DNA of 64,000 nucleotides. Origin: Balanoglossus misakiensis. Its lineage: Eukaryota; Animalia; Hemichordata. The stretch is from assembly GCA_040954595.2 (NCBI GenBank), contig CM082595.2:8228317-8292316 (forward strand), given 5' to 3'. A program made the translations under genes and the position numbers. This document shows, piece by piece, positions 10,833 through 24,329 of this stretch. The notes beneath the pieces were generated by a model. It had not been told where the DNA came from and did not search any database. It was given only the letters and a program-made list of their open reading frames with translations. Within the stretch, counting starts at the first letter, position 1; every line of letters starts with the position of its first letter.

Positions 10833-13800
10833 TGTTGGCGGAAGGTCTGAAGAAATTAGACCAGTTAGTGCAACACGCAATCAATTTGGATTTTCCAGAA
10901 CGAGTCATTGATGATAAAAGAGAGCATTCACAGGAGGACAAGAAGTTCCTGAATGAAGTGAACAAGTCAATCAAACTCAAAGATGGACATTACGAAATTG
11001 GATTACCATTTCGTAGTGAAGAAGTCAGACTACCCAACAATGAGCAGTATGCTCTGAATCGCCTGAAGTCACTTGAGAGGAAATTCAGAAGAAATCCCAA
11101 GTTCCAGGAGGACTATAAGAAGTTCATGTCAGATATAATTGACAAGGGCTACGCTGTCAAAGTTCAGCAAGAGAGGCCACAGCAAGACGATGGGAGGATA
11201 TGGTATATACCTCATAACAGAGTCTATCACCCAAAGAAGCCAGAGAAGATCCGTGTTGTCTTTGACTGTTCGGCGAAGTTCCAGGGGATATCTCTCAATG
11301 ACCTATTATTACAAGGGCCGGATCTGACTAACAATCTTGTCGGTGTGCTGTTGCGATTTCGGCAGGAACCAGTAGCGCTGATGGCAGACATAGAAGCAAT
11401 GTTTCACCAAGTACAGGTGCCCAAAGAAGACAGTGATTGTCTACGCTTCTATTGGTGGCTTGAGGGAAACATTAACAACCAGCCAGAAGTCTACCAAATG
11501 CGGGTTCATCTATTTGGAGCAGTATCATCTCCAAGTTGTGCGAATACAGCCCTACACAGAACTGCTCAAGACAACAGCCACAGATTCAATACTGAAGTCA
11601 TCGACACCATTATGAGAAATTTCTACGTGGACGACTGTCTCAAGTCAGTGAGTAGTGTGCCCGAAGCTATGAAGTTAGCACAAGAACTGACAGCAGCTTG
11701 CCAGATGGGAGGCTTTCGTCTGACGAAGTGGATCAGTAGCAGTCGTGAGGTCTTGGAATCCATTCCCGTACAAGAGAGAGGCAAAGAATTTAAGCAACTG
11801 AAGCTCGACTATGATGACCTGCCAACCGAACGTGCTCTAGGGGTGTATTGGTCGGTCGAACCAGACACTCTGGGATTTAAAATAGACATCCAAGACAGAC
11901 CTGTAAGCAGAAGGGGCATATTATCAGTCGTCAGTTCGGTCTACGATCCGCCGGGATTAGCATCACCGTTCATACTGCCAGCGAGAATATTACTACAGGA
12001 TCTGTGCCACCGAAATCTCGGATGGGACCAGACGATCAGTCAAGGAGATCAGAAGAGATGGCGACAATGGCTAACCGATCTCCCACAACTAGAAGAACTG
12101 TCAGTAGATAGATGCTTCAAGCCGGCTGATTTTGGAGAGGTGAAGCGGTGTGAAGTACATCATTTTTCCGATGCAAGTGAGCATGGGTATGGAACTGCGT
12201 CCTATGTTCGCCTGATGAATGAAGACGGAGAAATTCACTGCGCTCTACTGATGGGAAAAGCCAGAGTGGCACCACTCAAGAAGACCACCATTCCTCGTTT
12301 GGAATTGATGGCAGCTACCGTGGCAGTCAGAATGAACAAGTTGTTGGAGAGGGAGTTGGATCAGCGTATAGATGCGGTATATTTCTGGACAGACAGCATG
12401 TCAGTACTGAGATACATCGCCAACGAGACCACCCGTTTCCACACCTTTGTTTCAAATCGAATCAACATAATTCGTGAAGGTTCGGAAATGCACCAATGGA
12501 AGTACGTAAACACACAGTCTAACCCGGCTGACGATGCTTCCAGAGGGCTGACTGTACACCAGTTTCTCCGAAACAAGAGATGGATAGAAGGCCCAACGTT
12601 CCTATGGGGACCAGAGAATGAATGGCCTACACAACAATCGGTATCGAAGATTATACCGGAGGATGACCCAGAGGTCAAGAAACAGATAAATGCCGTAATA
12701 GCAGACACATCCACACTGGTGATTGATGACATCATATCACGTGTTTCCGTCTGGAAGAAACTCAAGAAGACAGTGGGATGGATTCTGTTGGCGAAGGAAA
12801 AGCTAAGAAGATTAGTTCAACAGAAAAGGATGCTGAGAGAAAATCTCGATGAAGAACCTGAGACGAAAGGTAAAGAAGAGCTCAGCAAAGAAAAGATGAG
12901 AAAGAGGGGAAGTAAGGAGGAAAGTGAAATTCCAGCACTCCCATTCGAAATGTTACAAGAAGCAGAGAAGGCGATTATACGCTACACACAACATTGTCAC
13001 TTCCCGGAAGAAGTCACCGCCCTACAGAAAGGTGAAGAAGTGAAGAAATCCAGCCCGCTTTACAAGCTGGATCCGATGCTGAAAGATGGGATAATACGTG
13101 TTGGCGGACGTCTTGAGCGAGCGTCACTACCAGAAGAAAGCAAGCACCCAATGGTCCTCCCAAGGGACACTCCAGTATCGAGACTCATCTGAGAAGAGAT
13201 ACATCGTGCGGTCGGACATATGGGAAGAAACTCAATGTTGGCGAGACTAAGGGAGAAGTTTTGGATCATGCGAGCAAACACTGCAGTCCGTAGCATTATA
13301 GCAAAATGCGTGATCTGTCGAAGATACAGAGCTAGGTCGGTGAGCAGAAAATGGCAGACCTGCCGGCAGACCGCATCACACCAGAAGAAGCACCATTCAC
13401 GAGAACAGGTGTAGACTACTTCAGCCCGTTGGAAGTCAAGCGTGGTCGCAGCACTGTGAAGAGGTATGGAGTGATCTTTACTTGTTTGGCGACACGGGCT
13501 GTACATCTCGAAGGGGCACACTCGCTAGATACAGACTCATGCATCAACAGCCTTCGACGATTTACAGCAAGAAGAGGACAAGTGAAAGTGATCAGATCTG
13601 ACAACGGAACCAATTTCGTCGGTGCCAATCGTGAACTACACGAAGAAATTGAGAAGTGGAATCACCACAAAATATCTGAAGCCCTATATCAACACAGTGT
13701 GAAGTGGGAGTTCAACCCCCCAGCGGCATCTCACTTCGGAGGAATATGGGAACGTCAGATCAGAACCATACGGAAGATATTGTTCTCCTTGATGAAAGAA

Positions 13801-15415
13801 CAGGCTATTCGTTTAGATGATGAAGCGCTGCAGACGTTGTTCTGTGAAGTTGAAGCCATTATCAACAGTCGCCCCATCACCAAGCTATCTGATGATCCGA
13901 ATGATCTTGAAGTTCTCACACCGAATCATCTACTGATGTTGCAGCCCACACAGAATCTACCACCTGGTATATTTTGCAAGAACGACAACTACGCTCGTCG
14001 CAGGTGGCGCCAAGTACAGTACCTGGCAGACATATTTTGGAAGAGATGGGTTAAAGAATATCTCCCCCTGCTGCAGGAAAGGCAGAAGTGGCTCAAACCC
14101 AGGAGAAATCTCACCGTGGGGGACGTGGTCTTGATTGTGGACAACTCTGCACCAAGAAATTCCTGGCCCCTAGGAGTGGTCATCGATGTGAAAAGAGACA
14201 AGAAGGGATTTGTGCGTGTTGCAACGGTGAAGACCAAAACATCGACCCTGGATCGACCAGTGGACAAATTGTGTGTGCTGTTGGAAGCTGATGTGGTATA
14301 GAAACGACTGAAAAGTGGACACATGCAGCTAAGTGGCAATGACAATATATGTTTGACAATTTTTGGACCTATTACTAGTTTGGTAATTGCTCAGAAAGCA
14401 TTTCCTTACAATTAGGGGACCGGAATGTTACGGCCAAAAATATTTAGCTTATAGTAGCAGTTTTATTGCTATGGTTTCTGTTTGACTTAAATTTGCTTAG
14501 TACCGACACTTAGGTCAAGGCACTTGTATGACTGTGACTCATACTTCCTGTCAAGGGCATTACCCCCATTACGTAATACCATATCAAAGTTCAACTTCAG
14601 TCAAGTGTAAGTATTAGGTTTCAGAAGCACATGGGTTTTCAAAGAGCAAGCATTGTGCTGAAGAGAGAGTGTCGGTTTTGTGCTTCTAACACACTCAAAA
14701 GGGGACGGACCAGTCCATGAATTGTATTGTTTTGATGGGCTAACAGCCAGGAGGTCACATAATTCTGGTAAGCCTATTTTCGAGCCAAAATATTCTGTAG
14801 AAATCAAGTTTTATTCGTGGACTGTGAGTACCACACAAGTTGGCCATTCTCTCCTGGCAGAGATGGCATGTGGCAATTTTCAAATCAGTTTTACACATCA
14901 TATTTCATACCAAGAGACTTTCCACGGACTCTGATTTAGACAGTTCATCGGACACAAGTTGCTTTTTGACTTCAGTGATGTATTTTATAGATTTAGAGTT
15001 TCTTCTGTTTGAAAGTGCTTTATGCATAATTAATTAGGCTTTGGAATGCAAAGTACTTTAGAAGGGGCAAGTGCATGCTTCTTGCCTCTAGAGGGCGCCA
15101 TACATAAGAGGCCATGGTTCAAGGTGGTAAACTTGACCTTTGAACCCTCGAGTTGTGTAACAGTGACAAATACTTATGTAGTGTATTATTTTATTTTATT
15201 TTCAGTCAATCGTTCTACGTTCCATGTCTTTAAGTTTACCGTTCCACGTCTATGTATAGTGTCGAATAAACCCCGTGACAAAGAATTTGACACTAGCAGT
15301 GATTTGTTAAAGAGGGACGCATTGCGGAGAGATCTACCCTGACTGTTTACCCCAAGCAGTGCGCAGCAGACTATATAGTTGGCCATAAAAGGAAGTCTGT
15401 TTGTGTGCCGCTACA
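10833..15415 (+). mobile_element. BEL/Pao LTR retrotransposon, 3' part (RT, RNase H, integrase, PPT, 3' LTR)
   Basis: Motifs KIRVVFDCSA, GPDLTN, FYVDD, FSDASE, GVDYF, SDNGTNF and WERQIR. Stop at 13190-13192, frameshift near 13345, end at 14301. Purine-rich PPT AGGGGACCGGAA precedes TGTTACGGCC at 14426. LTR ends ...CTACA at 15415. Confidence 0.9.
14426..15415 (+). repeat. BEL 3' LTR (TG...CA, ~990 bp)
   Basis: Follows the PPT, contains AATAAA near 15265, and ends exactly where satellite sequence begins. The partner LTR is not in the window. Confidence 0.65.
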
Positions 15416-18400
15416 CGGCCTAAATAACGACTTTTTCGCTCCTTGGTTGGTCATTCGGACGGAAAGACACGGTTTTAGCGAGTTTATCTTTCTCTCTCCT
15501 GAGCACTCCGTATTCAGACTTGCCAAAGTGAAGCGCGACAAAAATATGACCATGTTTCCCTGCATGTTTTATTTACCCGACAGATAAAAACGCAGCGTTG
15601 ATATTGAAATGAATTGGCTTTATGAAAATGATAAAAATTACAATAATAATGTCGTTAAAAATTCTCACAAAAAAAAATAAATAAAAAAGTGGTCTCGAAC
15701 CAACATCAGTTGACACCTTCAGGTAAAAGGGTAGCCTTCCTGAACCATTCGCCATCACGATGTGTACTCGAAAAAGTCGGAAATTTTCCGCACTATATTG
15801 CAGCATAACTCCAATGATCTTATTTGCACCGCAGCGGTGCAAATAAGAGTTACCTGCACCACAACGATCTGACCGTTCTTTAGTCACTCCTCGGCGACAA
15901 AAGCGTTTTATTACGGCATAAATAACGACTTTTTCGCTCCTTGGTTGGTCATGCCGACGGAAAGACACGGTTTTAGCGAGTTTATCTTTCTCTCTCCTGA
16001 GCACTCCGTATTCAGACTTGCCAAAGTGAACCGCGACAAAAATATGACCATGTTTCCCTGCATGTTTCTTTTACCCGACAGATAAAAAACGCAGCGTTGA
16101 TATTGAAATGAATTGGCTTTATGAAAATGATAAAAATTACACTGATAATGTCGTTAAAAATTCTCACAAAAAAAAGAAATAAAAAAGTGGTCTCGAACCA
16201 ACATCAGTTGACACCTTCAGGTAAAAGGGTAGCCTTCCTGAACCATTCGCCATCACGATGTGTACTCGAAAAAGTCGGAAATTTTCCGCACTATATTGCA
16301 GCATGACTCCAATGATCTTATTTGCACCGCAGCGGTGCAAATAACAGTTCCCTGCACCGCAGCGGTGCAAATAAGAGTTACCTGCACCGCAACGATCTGA
16401 CTGTTCTTTATTCACTCCTCGGCGACAAAAACGTTTTATTACGGCCTAAATAACGACTTATTCGCTCCTTGGTTGGTCATTCGGACGGAAAGACATAATT
16501 TTAGCGAGTTTATCTTTCTCTCTCCTGAGCACTCCGTATTCAGACATGCCAAAGTGAACCGTGACAAAAATATGACCATGTTTCCCTGCATATTTTATTT
16601 ACCTGACAGATAAAAACGCAGCGTTGATATTGAAATGAATTGGCTTTATGAAAATGATAAAAATTACACTGATAATGTCGTTAAAAATTCTCACAAAAAA
16701 AAGAAATAAAAAAGTGGTCTCGAACCAACATCAGTTGACACCTTCAGGTAAAAGGGTAGCCTTCCTGAACCATTCGCCATCACGATGTGTACTCGAAAAA
16801 GTCGGAAATTTTCCGCACTATATTGCAGCATGACTCCAATGATCTTATTTGCACCGCAGCGGTGCAAATAACAGTTCCCTGCACCGCAGCGGTGCAAATA
16901 AGAGTTACCTGCACCGCAACGATCTGACTGTTCTTTATTCACTCCTCGGCGACAAAAACGTTTTATTACGGCCTAAATAACGACTTATTCGCTCCTTGGT
17001 TGGTCATTCGGACGGAAAGACATAATTTTAGCGAGTTTATCTTTCTCTCTCCTGAGCACTCCGTATTCAGACTTGCCAAAGTGAAGCGCGACAAAAATAT
17101 GACCATGTTTCCCTGCATGTTTTATTTACCCGACAGATAAAAACGCAGCGTTGATATTGAAATGAATTGGCTTTATGAAAATGATAAAAATTACAATAAT
17201 AATGTCGTTAAAAATTCTCACAAAAAAAAAAATAAAATAAAAAAGTGGTCTCGAACCAACATCAGTTGACACCTTCAGGTAAAAGGGTAGCCTTCCTGAA
17301 CCATTCGCCATCACGATGCGTACTCGAAAAAGTCGGAAATTTTCCGCACTATATTGCAGCATAACTCCAATGATCTTATTTGCACCGCAGCGGTGCAAAT
17401 AAGAGTTCCCTGCACCGCAACGTTCTGACCGTTCTTTATTCACTCCTCGGCGACAAAAGCGTTTTATTACAGCCTAAATAACGACTTTTTCGCTCCTTGG
17501 TTGGTCATGCGGACGGAAAGACACAGTTTTAGCGAGTTTATCTTTCTCTCTCCTGAGCACTCCGTATTCAGACTTGCCAAAGTGAACCGTGACAAAAATA
17601 TGACCATGTTTCCCTGCATGTTTCTTTTACCCGACAGATAAAAAACGCAGCGTTGATATTGAAATGAATTGGCTTTATGAAAATGATAAAAATTACACTG
17701 ATAATGTCGTTAAAAATTCTCACAAAAAAAAATAGAAAAAAAAGTGGTCTCGAACCAACATCAGTTAACACCTTCAGGTAAAAGGCTAGCCTTCCTGAAC
17801 CATTCGCCATCACGATGTGTACTCGAAAAAGTCGGAAATTTTCCGCACTATATTGCAGCATAACTCCAATGATCTAATTTGCACCGCAGCGGTGCAAAAT
17901 AAGAGTCCCCTGCACCGCAACGATCTGACCGTTCTTTATTCACTCCTCGGCGTCAAAAACGTTTTATTACGGCCTAAATAACGACTTATTCGCTCCTTGG
18001 TTGGTCATTCGGACGGAAAGACACGGTTTTAGCGAGTTTATCTTTCTCTCTTCTGAGCACTCCGTATTCAGACTTGCCCAAGTGAACTGCGACAAAAAAT
18101 GACCAAGTTTCCGTGCATATTTCTTATACCCGACAGATAAAAAACGCAGCGTAGATATTGAAATGAATTGGATTTATGAAAATGATAAAAATTAAAATGA
18201 TAATGTCGTTAAACGTTCTCACAAAAAAAAAAGAAATAGAATAAAAAGTGGTCTCGAACCAACATCAGTTGACACCTTCAGGTAAAAGGCTAGCCTTACT
18301 TTTGTTTTATCTTTTATTAAAAAGGACAGGCCCACTGGCTTGCCCTGTTAAAAGTAGATTGTACATTACAAGTAGCTTGTAATTACAGTGAAAGATTCAT

Positions 18401-20459
18401 ATTAAATAAATTCCATAAATTTTCAACATGTTACACTACTATTGCAAATCATTACAATATTGATGAAAAAACATTCACCGGAATGAATGCATGTGTAATC
18501 AAATCATTCAACATAAACAATCTTTAAATTCACAATATTGCATTACAGTATTCCATCATTTATGTAAGTCCTATACTCCAATCTGTCATGGAATTGTGAC
18601 ATACAATTTAATTACAGGAACAATTACCAGTAAAAAAGATGGTATGTAACACCAGAGGGCGCCAGGTTCAACTGAAGGTGACAACATAGACAAAAAGACT
18701 GTTTAAAAATTTAAGGTAAAGTCAAAATCTTTTACCGTTACAAGTACATTGTTTTGTGCAAAGATGCTTTCAAATAGCGCAACATCATCACTTGCTTTGC
18801 ACCTGTTATATTCAAAAGTGATTTTCTGTTTTAATTTGTACTTAAAGAACTTGATCAAGTCGATTTTCCGAGTACAACGCTTGTATGCTAATCTTCTACT
18901 ATGAATTGTATAACGTGAAAGTGACAATAAAATATTGATCAGCGTGTACTCGTACTTGTCATCATTGACAGGATAACCAAATAACATCATTAGAATTCTA
19001 TATGTTGGGTTAAACTTATTTTCATTACTGGCACTGTAGATATACTCAAAAACAAGTTGCCACAAGGATTGAACTGCCTGGCAGCACACAAACAAATGAT
19101 ACACGTCTTCGAGAAAAAATGTGCAGAAGTCACAAGTCGGACTGAGGATTTTGCCTGCTTTATAAAGACGAAGATTACTAAAAACAGCGTTGTGACAAAT
19201 GAGATAATCCAGATCACCCAGGTAATTATCCTTGAAATGTGTGTAAACGATTGGCCAAACTTTACTAAAATCAAAGTTTGGCAGGTGGAAGAGCCAATAC
19301 TGAACACCCGTGGGCACTGTTTTTCTCAGATGCCGAGCTATTGTAGTAATGTGTCTAACCTTAAGAGAATGGAAAGGAACACGTTGATCATGAGCATTAA
19401 CAATAAAAAGAGACGGGTTTTTGTCCACTTTGTTATAATCTTTGTAATTACCCTGCAGAATATCATGCCACTTTTGAGGAATTGAATTGAGGATAATATG
19501 GTACAGCTTCTCAACAGTATTGCTTGTGGGAGTGTCAGGATGGGCCAATGAAACCACGTCACCAATTGCATCAACAGGTAGGAACCCAGGAATGACCATT
19601 GTATAACAAATCCCTGATTTTGACAATGCCAGCTGAACTGAAAAGCTTTATAATCGGCAGGGGGCGCCCTTCAACACTTGTAATGAATGGGTTATGAAAA
19701 ATGGGTTCATTGATAATTTCATCGTAGGAAACTGGTTGTGCACGAAAATATTTGAAAAGATGCGACCAAGACTGAAACAATTCCCTGTAGAATGTAAAAC
19801 ACTGACGTAAGTTGGTAGGATAAAGTAACATTTTAAAAGTGTCAACACCACAATTGAGATCGAAATACTTATTTAAGTTGTAGGTGAAAAACAGCTTGAA
19901 TTTGTGAACATAATCTTTATCCAGCAATTTACACAACCACTTGAGACGAAGTGCATGCACTTTGTCTTGAATATTTGTGACTTTAAGTCCCCCAACTTGA
20001 ATGTCGGAAGTGATGATATCATATTTCACCCTGTGATGACCTTTGCTCCAGAAGAAATTACAGATGTGCTCATTCAAAATTTGTATGTGTTGCTGAGGCA
20101 ACGAAACAACAGATGCCCGGTACCACAGAGTAGACGTAACAAGGGAGTTGATAATGAGGGTTTTCCCTTTGTAGGACAATTTACGAAATGACCAAGATTT
20201 CAGAATTCTACAGAGTTTTGGAATGCGCTGAGCCCAATTGAAATCATCAGCAACTGATTTTTCATGACTCAACATGACACCAAGATGATGTCTTTAAAAG
20301 TTCTCAAGAAAAAAAAGAAATATGAAAAAAGTGGTCTCGAACCAACATCAGTTGACACCTTCAGGTAAAAGGCCAGCCTTCCTGAACCATTCGCCATCAC
20401 GGTGTGTACTCGAAAAAGTCAGAAATTTCCCGCACTATATTGCAGCATAACTCCAATGA
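15416..20459. repeat. Satellite with ~500/527-bp units, ~6 copies, interrupted by a LINE at ~18299-20292
   Basis: Unit starts (CGGCCTAAATAACGAC) at about 15416, 15914, 16442, 16969, 17470 and 17970. The array resumes at 20293-20459. Confidence 0.95.
18299..20292 (-). mobile_element. 5'-truncated L1/Tx1-type non-LTR retrotransposon (ORF2 C-terminus plus 3' UTR)
   Basis: Motifs LSYKGKTLIINSL and GGLKV, and CCHC zinc finger CDFC...HLFVCC. Frameshift near 19600. A-rich 3' tail on the minus strand at ~18300. Confidence 0.85.
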
Positions 20460-22580
20460 AGTAAACAAATAAACACAGGTCAGTTGAATGTTCTCGCTTG
20501 AAACCAAATTGTAAATAATGAGAGGTAAGAAACTCCTCACAACGAGAAAGTAAAATATGCTCAAAAACTTAAGAGAAAACAGTTGCTAGTGCTATCGGCC
20601 GGTAGTTACTGGCATCACTACAAAGCTTAGTTTTATCCTTAATAATTGGAACTAAAATAACTTTGATAGCCTCAGTTGGCAGGTAACCATGAACAATCAT
20701 AGGATTAATACTACAAGTCAAAATGGGTAAAATAGAGGAGTCTGAGAATTTGAGGTGCTCAGCTGAAATATTGTCAATGCCAGCTGTCTTGTCGTCAGGT
20801 AACTTATGTATAGCAGAAATTACTTCGTCTTCAGAAACATACATATCAGAAGAATAGTTAACATACTTCATTTTCTCCTCGATGTCATTTTTACCAGTCT
20901 GAGCCTGGACAGAATTCAAAATATCACTGAAATGCTTGTGCCACATAATTGCAATTTCACTCTCACCAGTTGCTCCACCTACAGTGTCAGAAAGTGGCGT
21001 TTTTCTGCTAGTTTGCTTTCTGACTTCCTTCCAGAAGTCGTTCTGTTTGTGGCAGCGTAAATTGTCAGCCATCTTGTCAGCCCTATTTTGAATCTCAATC
21101 TTTTTACAAGCACGTAAAGCATACTTAAAACGAGCTCTGGAAGATTTCATGGTTTCAAAAAGCGGGCCTTGTTTAGGTTTACCCCCATTAACCCATAATA
21201 AAAACATGGAACGGGCATAGTCGTGACTTTCTTTTACAAAATCGTTCCAGCCAGGTACAACATGAACTTTCTGGTGAAACTTACGCCTAATGGTATCTTT
21301 TGCAGCACAATTCAATGCATCCACAATACTACTATAACAAGTATCAATTGCCTGTAAATGCGAAGGGTCTGTACAGTTCACACTAGTGCAGAATAACTCT
21401 TCGGATAAATTAATCTTATCAATCTTGGCTTTGGTACAACGGGTGTAGGCGGATATATTCTGCTGTGACAATTTTTTCCAATCAACTCGAAAATTACATT
21501 GCTTGAAGGAACTACTGCTGAAGCTTTCATCAGCAGAAGTGTTGAAATGAACCTCTATTGAAACAGGAATATGGTCGGAGTCAACAACATTGCAAAGACT
21601 CGAAATTGAAAGAACATTGCTATGAGAAACTTCAGTGGTAACACAGTGGTCAATCCATGAAGTACTGCCATGAGCATCGCTAATCTAAGTAAACGTACCA
21701 GAATCCCTGCCTAGCAGCTCAACATCAGAAACGATGTAACCAAATTGCTCACAATGCTCCATCAACTCACGACCAAAGCCTGTATCAGTAGTTACATCAG
21801 CATTCCAGTCACCAATAAAAAAGACATTCCCAGTGTTAATATCAGAAACAATGGAATTGATTTTCGCCAAGTACTCACTGAACACTTCAAAATTATCATT
21901 AGTATTGGTGGGCAAATAACAGTTTACAATAACAAGTTTGTCAGTATCATTTTCTAAAACTAAACCAAGCAAGCGACTATCAGCAAACTCAACAATACTG
22001 GCAAGTTTGCCAAGCGATCTACGCCAAAGAATTGCAACCCCCCCGTACGGTCTACCAATACGGAGTTCAGACGAATCAAAAGCAGATACTCCGAATGACA
22101 TAAAATCCGGATGTATGTCATGTAAAATTGACATCTCTTCCTTAGCAAGCCAGTGTTCTTGTAAAAGACAAATATCATGGGTTTCACACAATTCATACAC
22201 AGAATGAAAGCTTGATTTCACAGAGCGACAGTTAAATGACACAATCCGTAAACTATTTTTGCGTTCTGTCATGGCGTCTGAGATTTATAGTATTTTCTTA
22301 CAAGAGTATCCTGAGGCCAATTTACAGGATCAAGGGCAACTCTAATGTCTACATCAGATAATTCAACCATAAAAGAAGCATACGTATCATACTTTGTTTT
22401 CAGTTTTGTACAGTTCACACCTACATCAAATTTGTCCGCAGCATAGCGCTCAACATTTTCACATGTTGTTGCTGGATTCAGCCGGGACACGAAAAGTGTA
22501 CATACACGCCGCGGTCTTGCGCCTTGAAGGCCAGCTGTAGTACTCAGCGCAGTTCCAATCACAGGCTGGGTTCTCTTAAG
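20460..22580 (-). mobile_element. APE-type LINE fragment (RTEX/CR1-like): ORF1 end, endonuclease and RT start
   Basis: ORF1 TLFVSRLNP. APE motifs SFNCRS, LQEHWL, GDWNAD and SWIDHC. RT motifs NYRPIAL and LQFGFK. In-frame stops at 21685 and 20569. Confidence 0.82.
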
Positions 22581-22952
22581 AGGGATCTGGGGGTGAAAGG
22601 CTTGACAGAGCCTTTTGCTGAGGATCTAGACAGGGATTCAAGACTGAGAAAAAAACCCAGAAAAGGCCCTCTGCTATAAACATGTTTTTGTGGTCCATGT
22701 GTGTCACTAGTGTGGGTATAGCCCTGACATTGTTCCTAAATCACCAGTGGCAATATTGTGGCGTTGATGAGTTTTTTTTCGATCACTATAGCCGAAATGG
22801 TTTGGCCAGGCAAGGCTAGACTTGGCCTGGGTTTCGCGGTTTCCCTATGTATGATCAGCCATGCACACATCTACATACTGGTATGTGTGTCACAATTTCA
22901 TTTGAATAAATGTCTCAAAACATAAGTATTTTTCCCCATTGTTTATTCACAG

Positions 22953-24329
22953 ATGTTCCAAATCGAGAGTACCCTACCAGATTCAGATGACGTCATTGTT
23001 CTTGATCCCCAATGGTTATGTTCTAGAATATTCGGTCCCATGCTGGCTCCTGAAATATTTGAGCAGTTTGCAAACCGCTTGCCGCGGAAGTCCTTACATA
23101 TGAGAAGCGAAATTGAGGAAGTTTTCCATGGTCTGGCAGATATTGATTTGCTGATAAATCTTCTCAAAGAGTTTGCCCTTCTCTACGAGGTCATTTCTGA
23201 ATCCAATACTGTAACTGGGTATGTAATACCTGGGTTGTTGGACACAGATATGCCTGCAAATCAGTGGAAACAGGATGCTACTAAGAAGATTTACAATGGT
23301 AGACGGTTCCAATGCAGAGATGATGCTGATAGTTTCTCGCCAGGATTTTCCCCCCGACTTAACGCCCGAATAGAACGCCATTTCCGAAAGATCAACCGAC
23401 GGACAAGTGGTATATGGAAAAATGGCATCAAAGTGTGTCACAATGCAGAAGGCTTGGTGTATATGACAAAAGGTTGGAGAGCTATCCATGTTTGTGTTAG
23501 AGCAGAGAAAGAAGAGGAAATCGGCGAATGCTACAAATTATTAGAGACAATAACTGATATTGTCTATGAAGTGTTAGAGATCTGCTGTCCTGGTACAAGA
23601 CTTGACATCCACGTGTTGAGTTCAGATTCTCTTCGAATCCATCGCAACCCTGAAGATGTCACATTCTATACATTGAAGCAAATTCGGGAAGCAGAAGAGA
23701 GGAATGAGAAGGTGTACAACGAGGAGATGGTGATTTCAGAAGCAGCTACTGACTTTCTTTGTGCTGGGTATGATACAACCATCCTCTGACACAGTGGATA
23801 TGAAAGTGATGTCAAGTGGATGCTGAAGGCTGCCCTCAAGATATTTTCTAATATCATGGATATCATCCGTTTATCCGGCAATGACTACAGGGCTATGGCA
23901 GACTTGATGGGGATCCCTCGCATGGAGGTGGATTCATGGCAATACAGTGCATTGATTCAATCCCCAACACAACATGCTTTATCTGTTTGGTCCAAGGGCT
24001 GTGGAGGACAACAACGTGCAGGCCAACAGCCAACTGCAGATAAGAAATTCTGTAAGAGCAATTTTTCCAACCTGGTTAAAATTTTTGAGCAAGAAAGTTG
24101 TGATGTCTACGCTGCCAGAGAAGAAATACATGAGATGTTCCGAAAACTTGGTGTGTCAGCTGATCATCATGATGTTGAAGGTGACATGGCTAATCTACAT
24201 CTTAAGATGATGACATCAACATCTCTGAAGCAGACCATTGTGACGTCAGTATATCAATTTCTGATTAGTATGGCAAACGATGGCAGTATTTCCATGGAAC
24301 TTGTTGCAATGTCTGAGAAATTTAACTGA
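22953..24329 (+). pseudogene. Terminal exon of a ROCO / DAPK1-like gene (COR C-terminus plus death domain) with a premature TGA at 23787-23789
   Basis: Acceptor TTCACAG at 22952. COR-like motifs VLDPQWLC, IPGLL and IWKNG. Death-domain-like DYRAMADLMGI...SPTQHALSVW. The two ORFs are in the same frame across one stop. Confidence 0.7.

Noticed and set aside
15371-17861. Repeated small ORFs in the satellite
   Set aside because: They recur only because of the tandem unit and are broken by variable poly-A runs.
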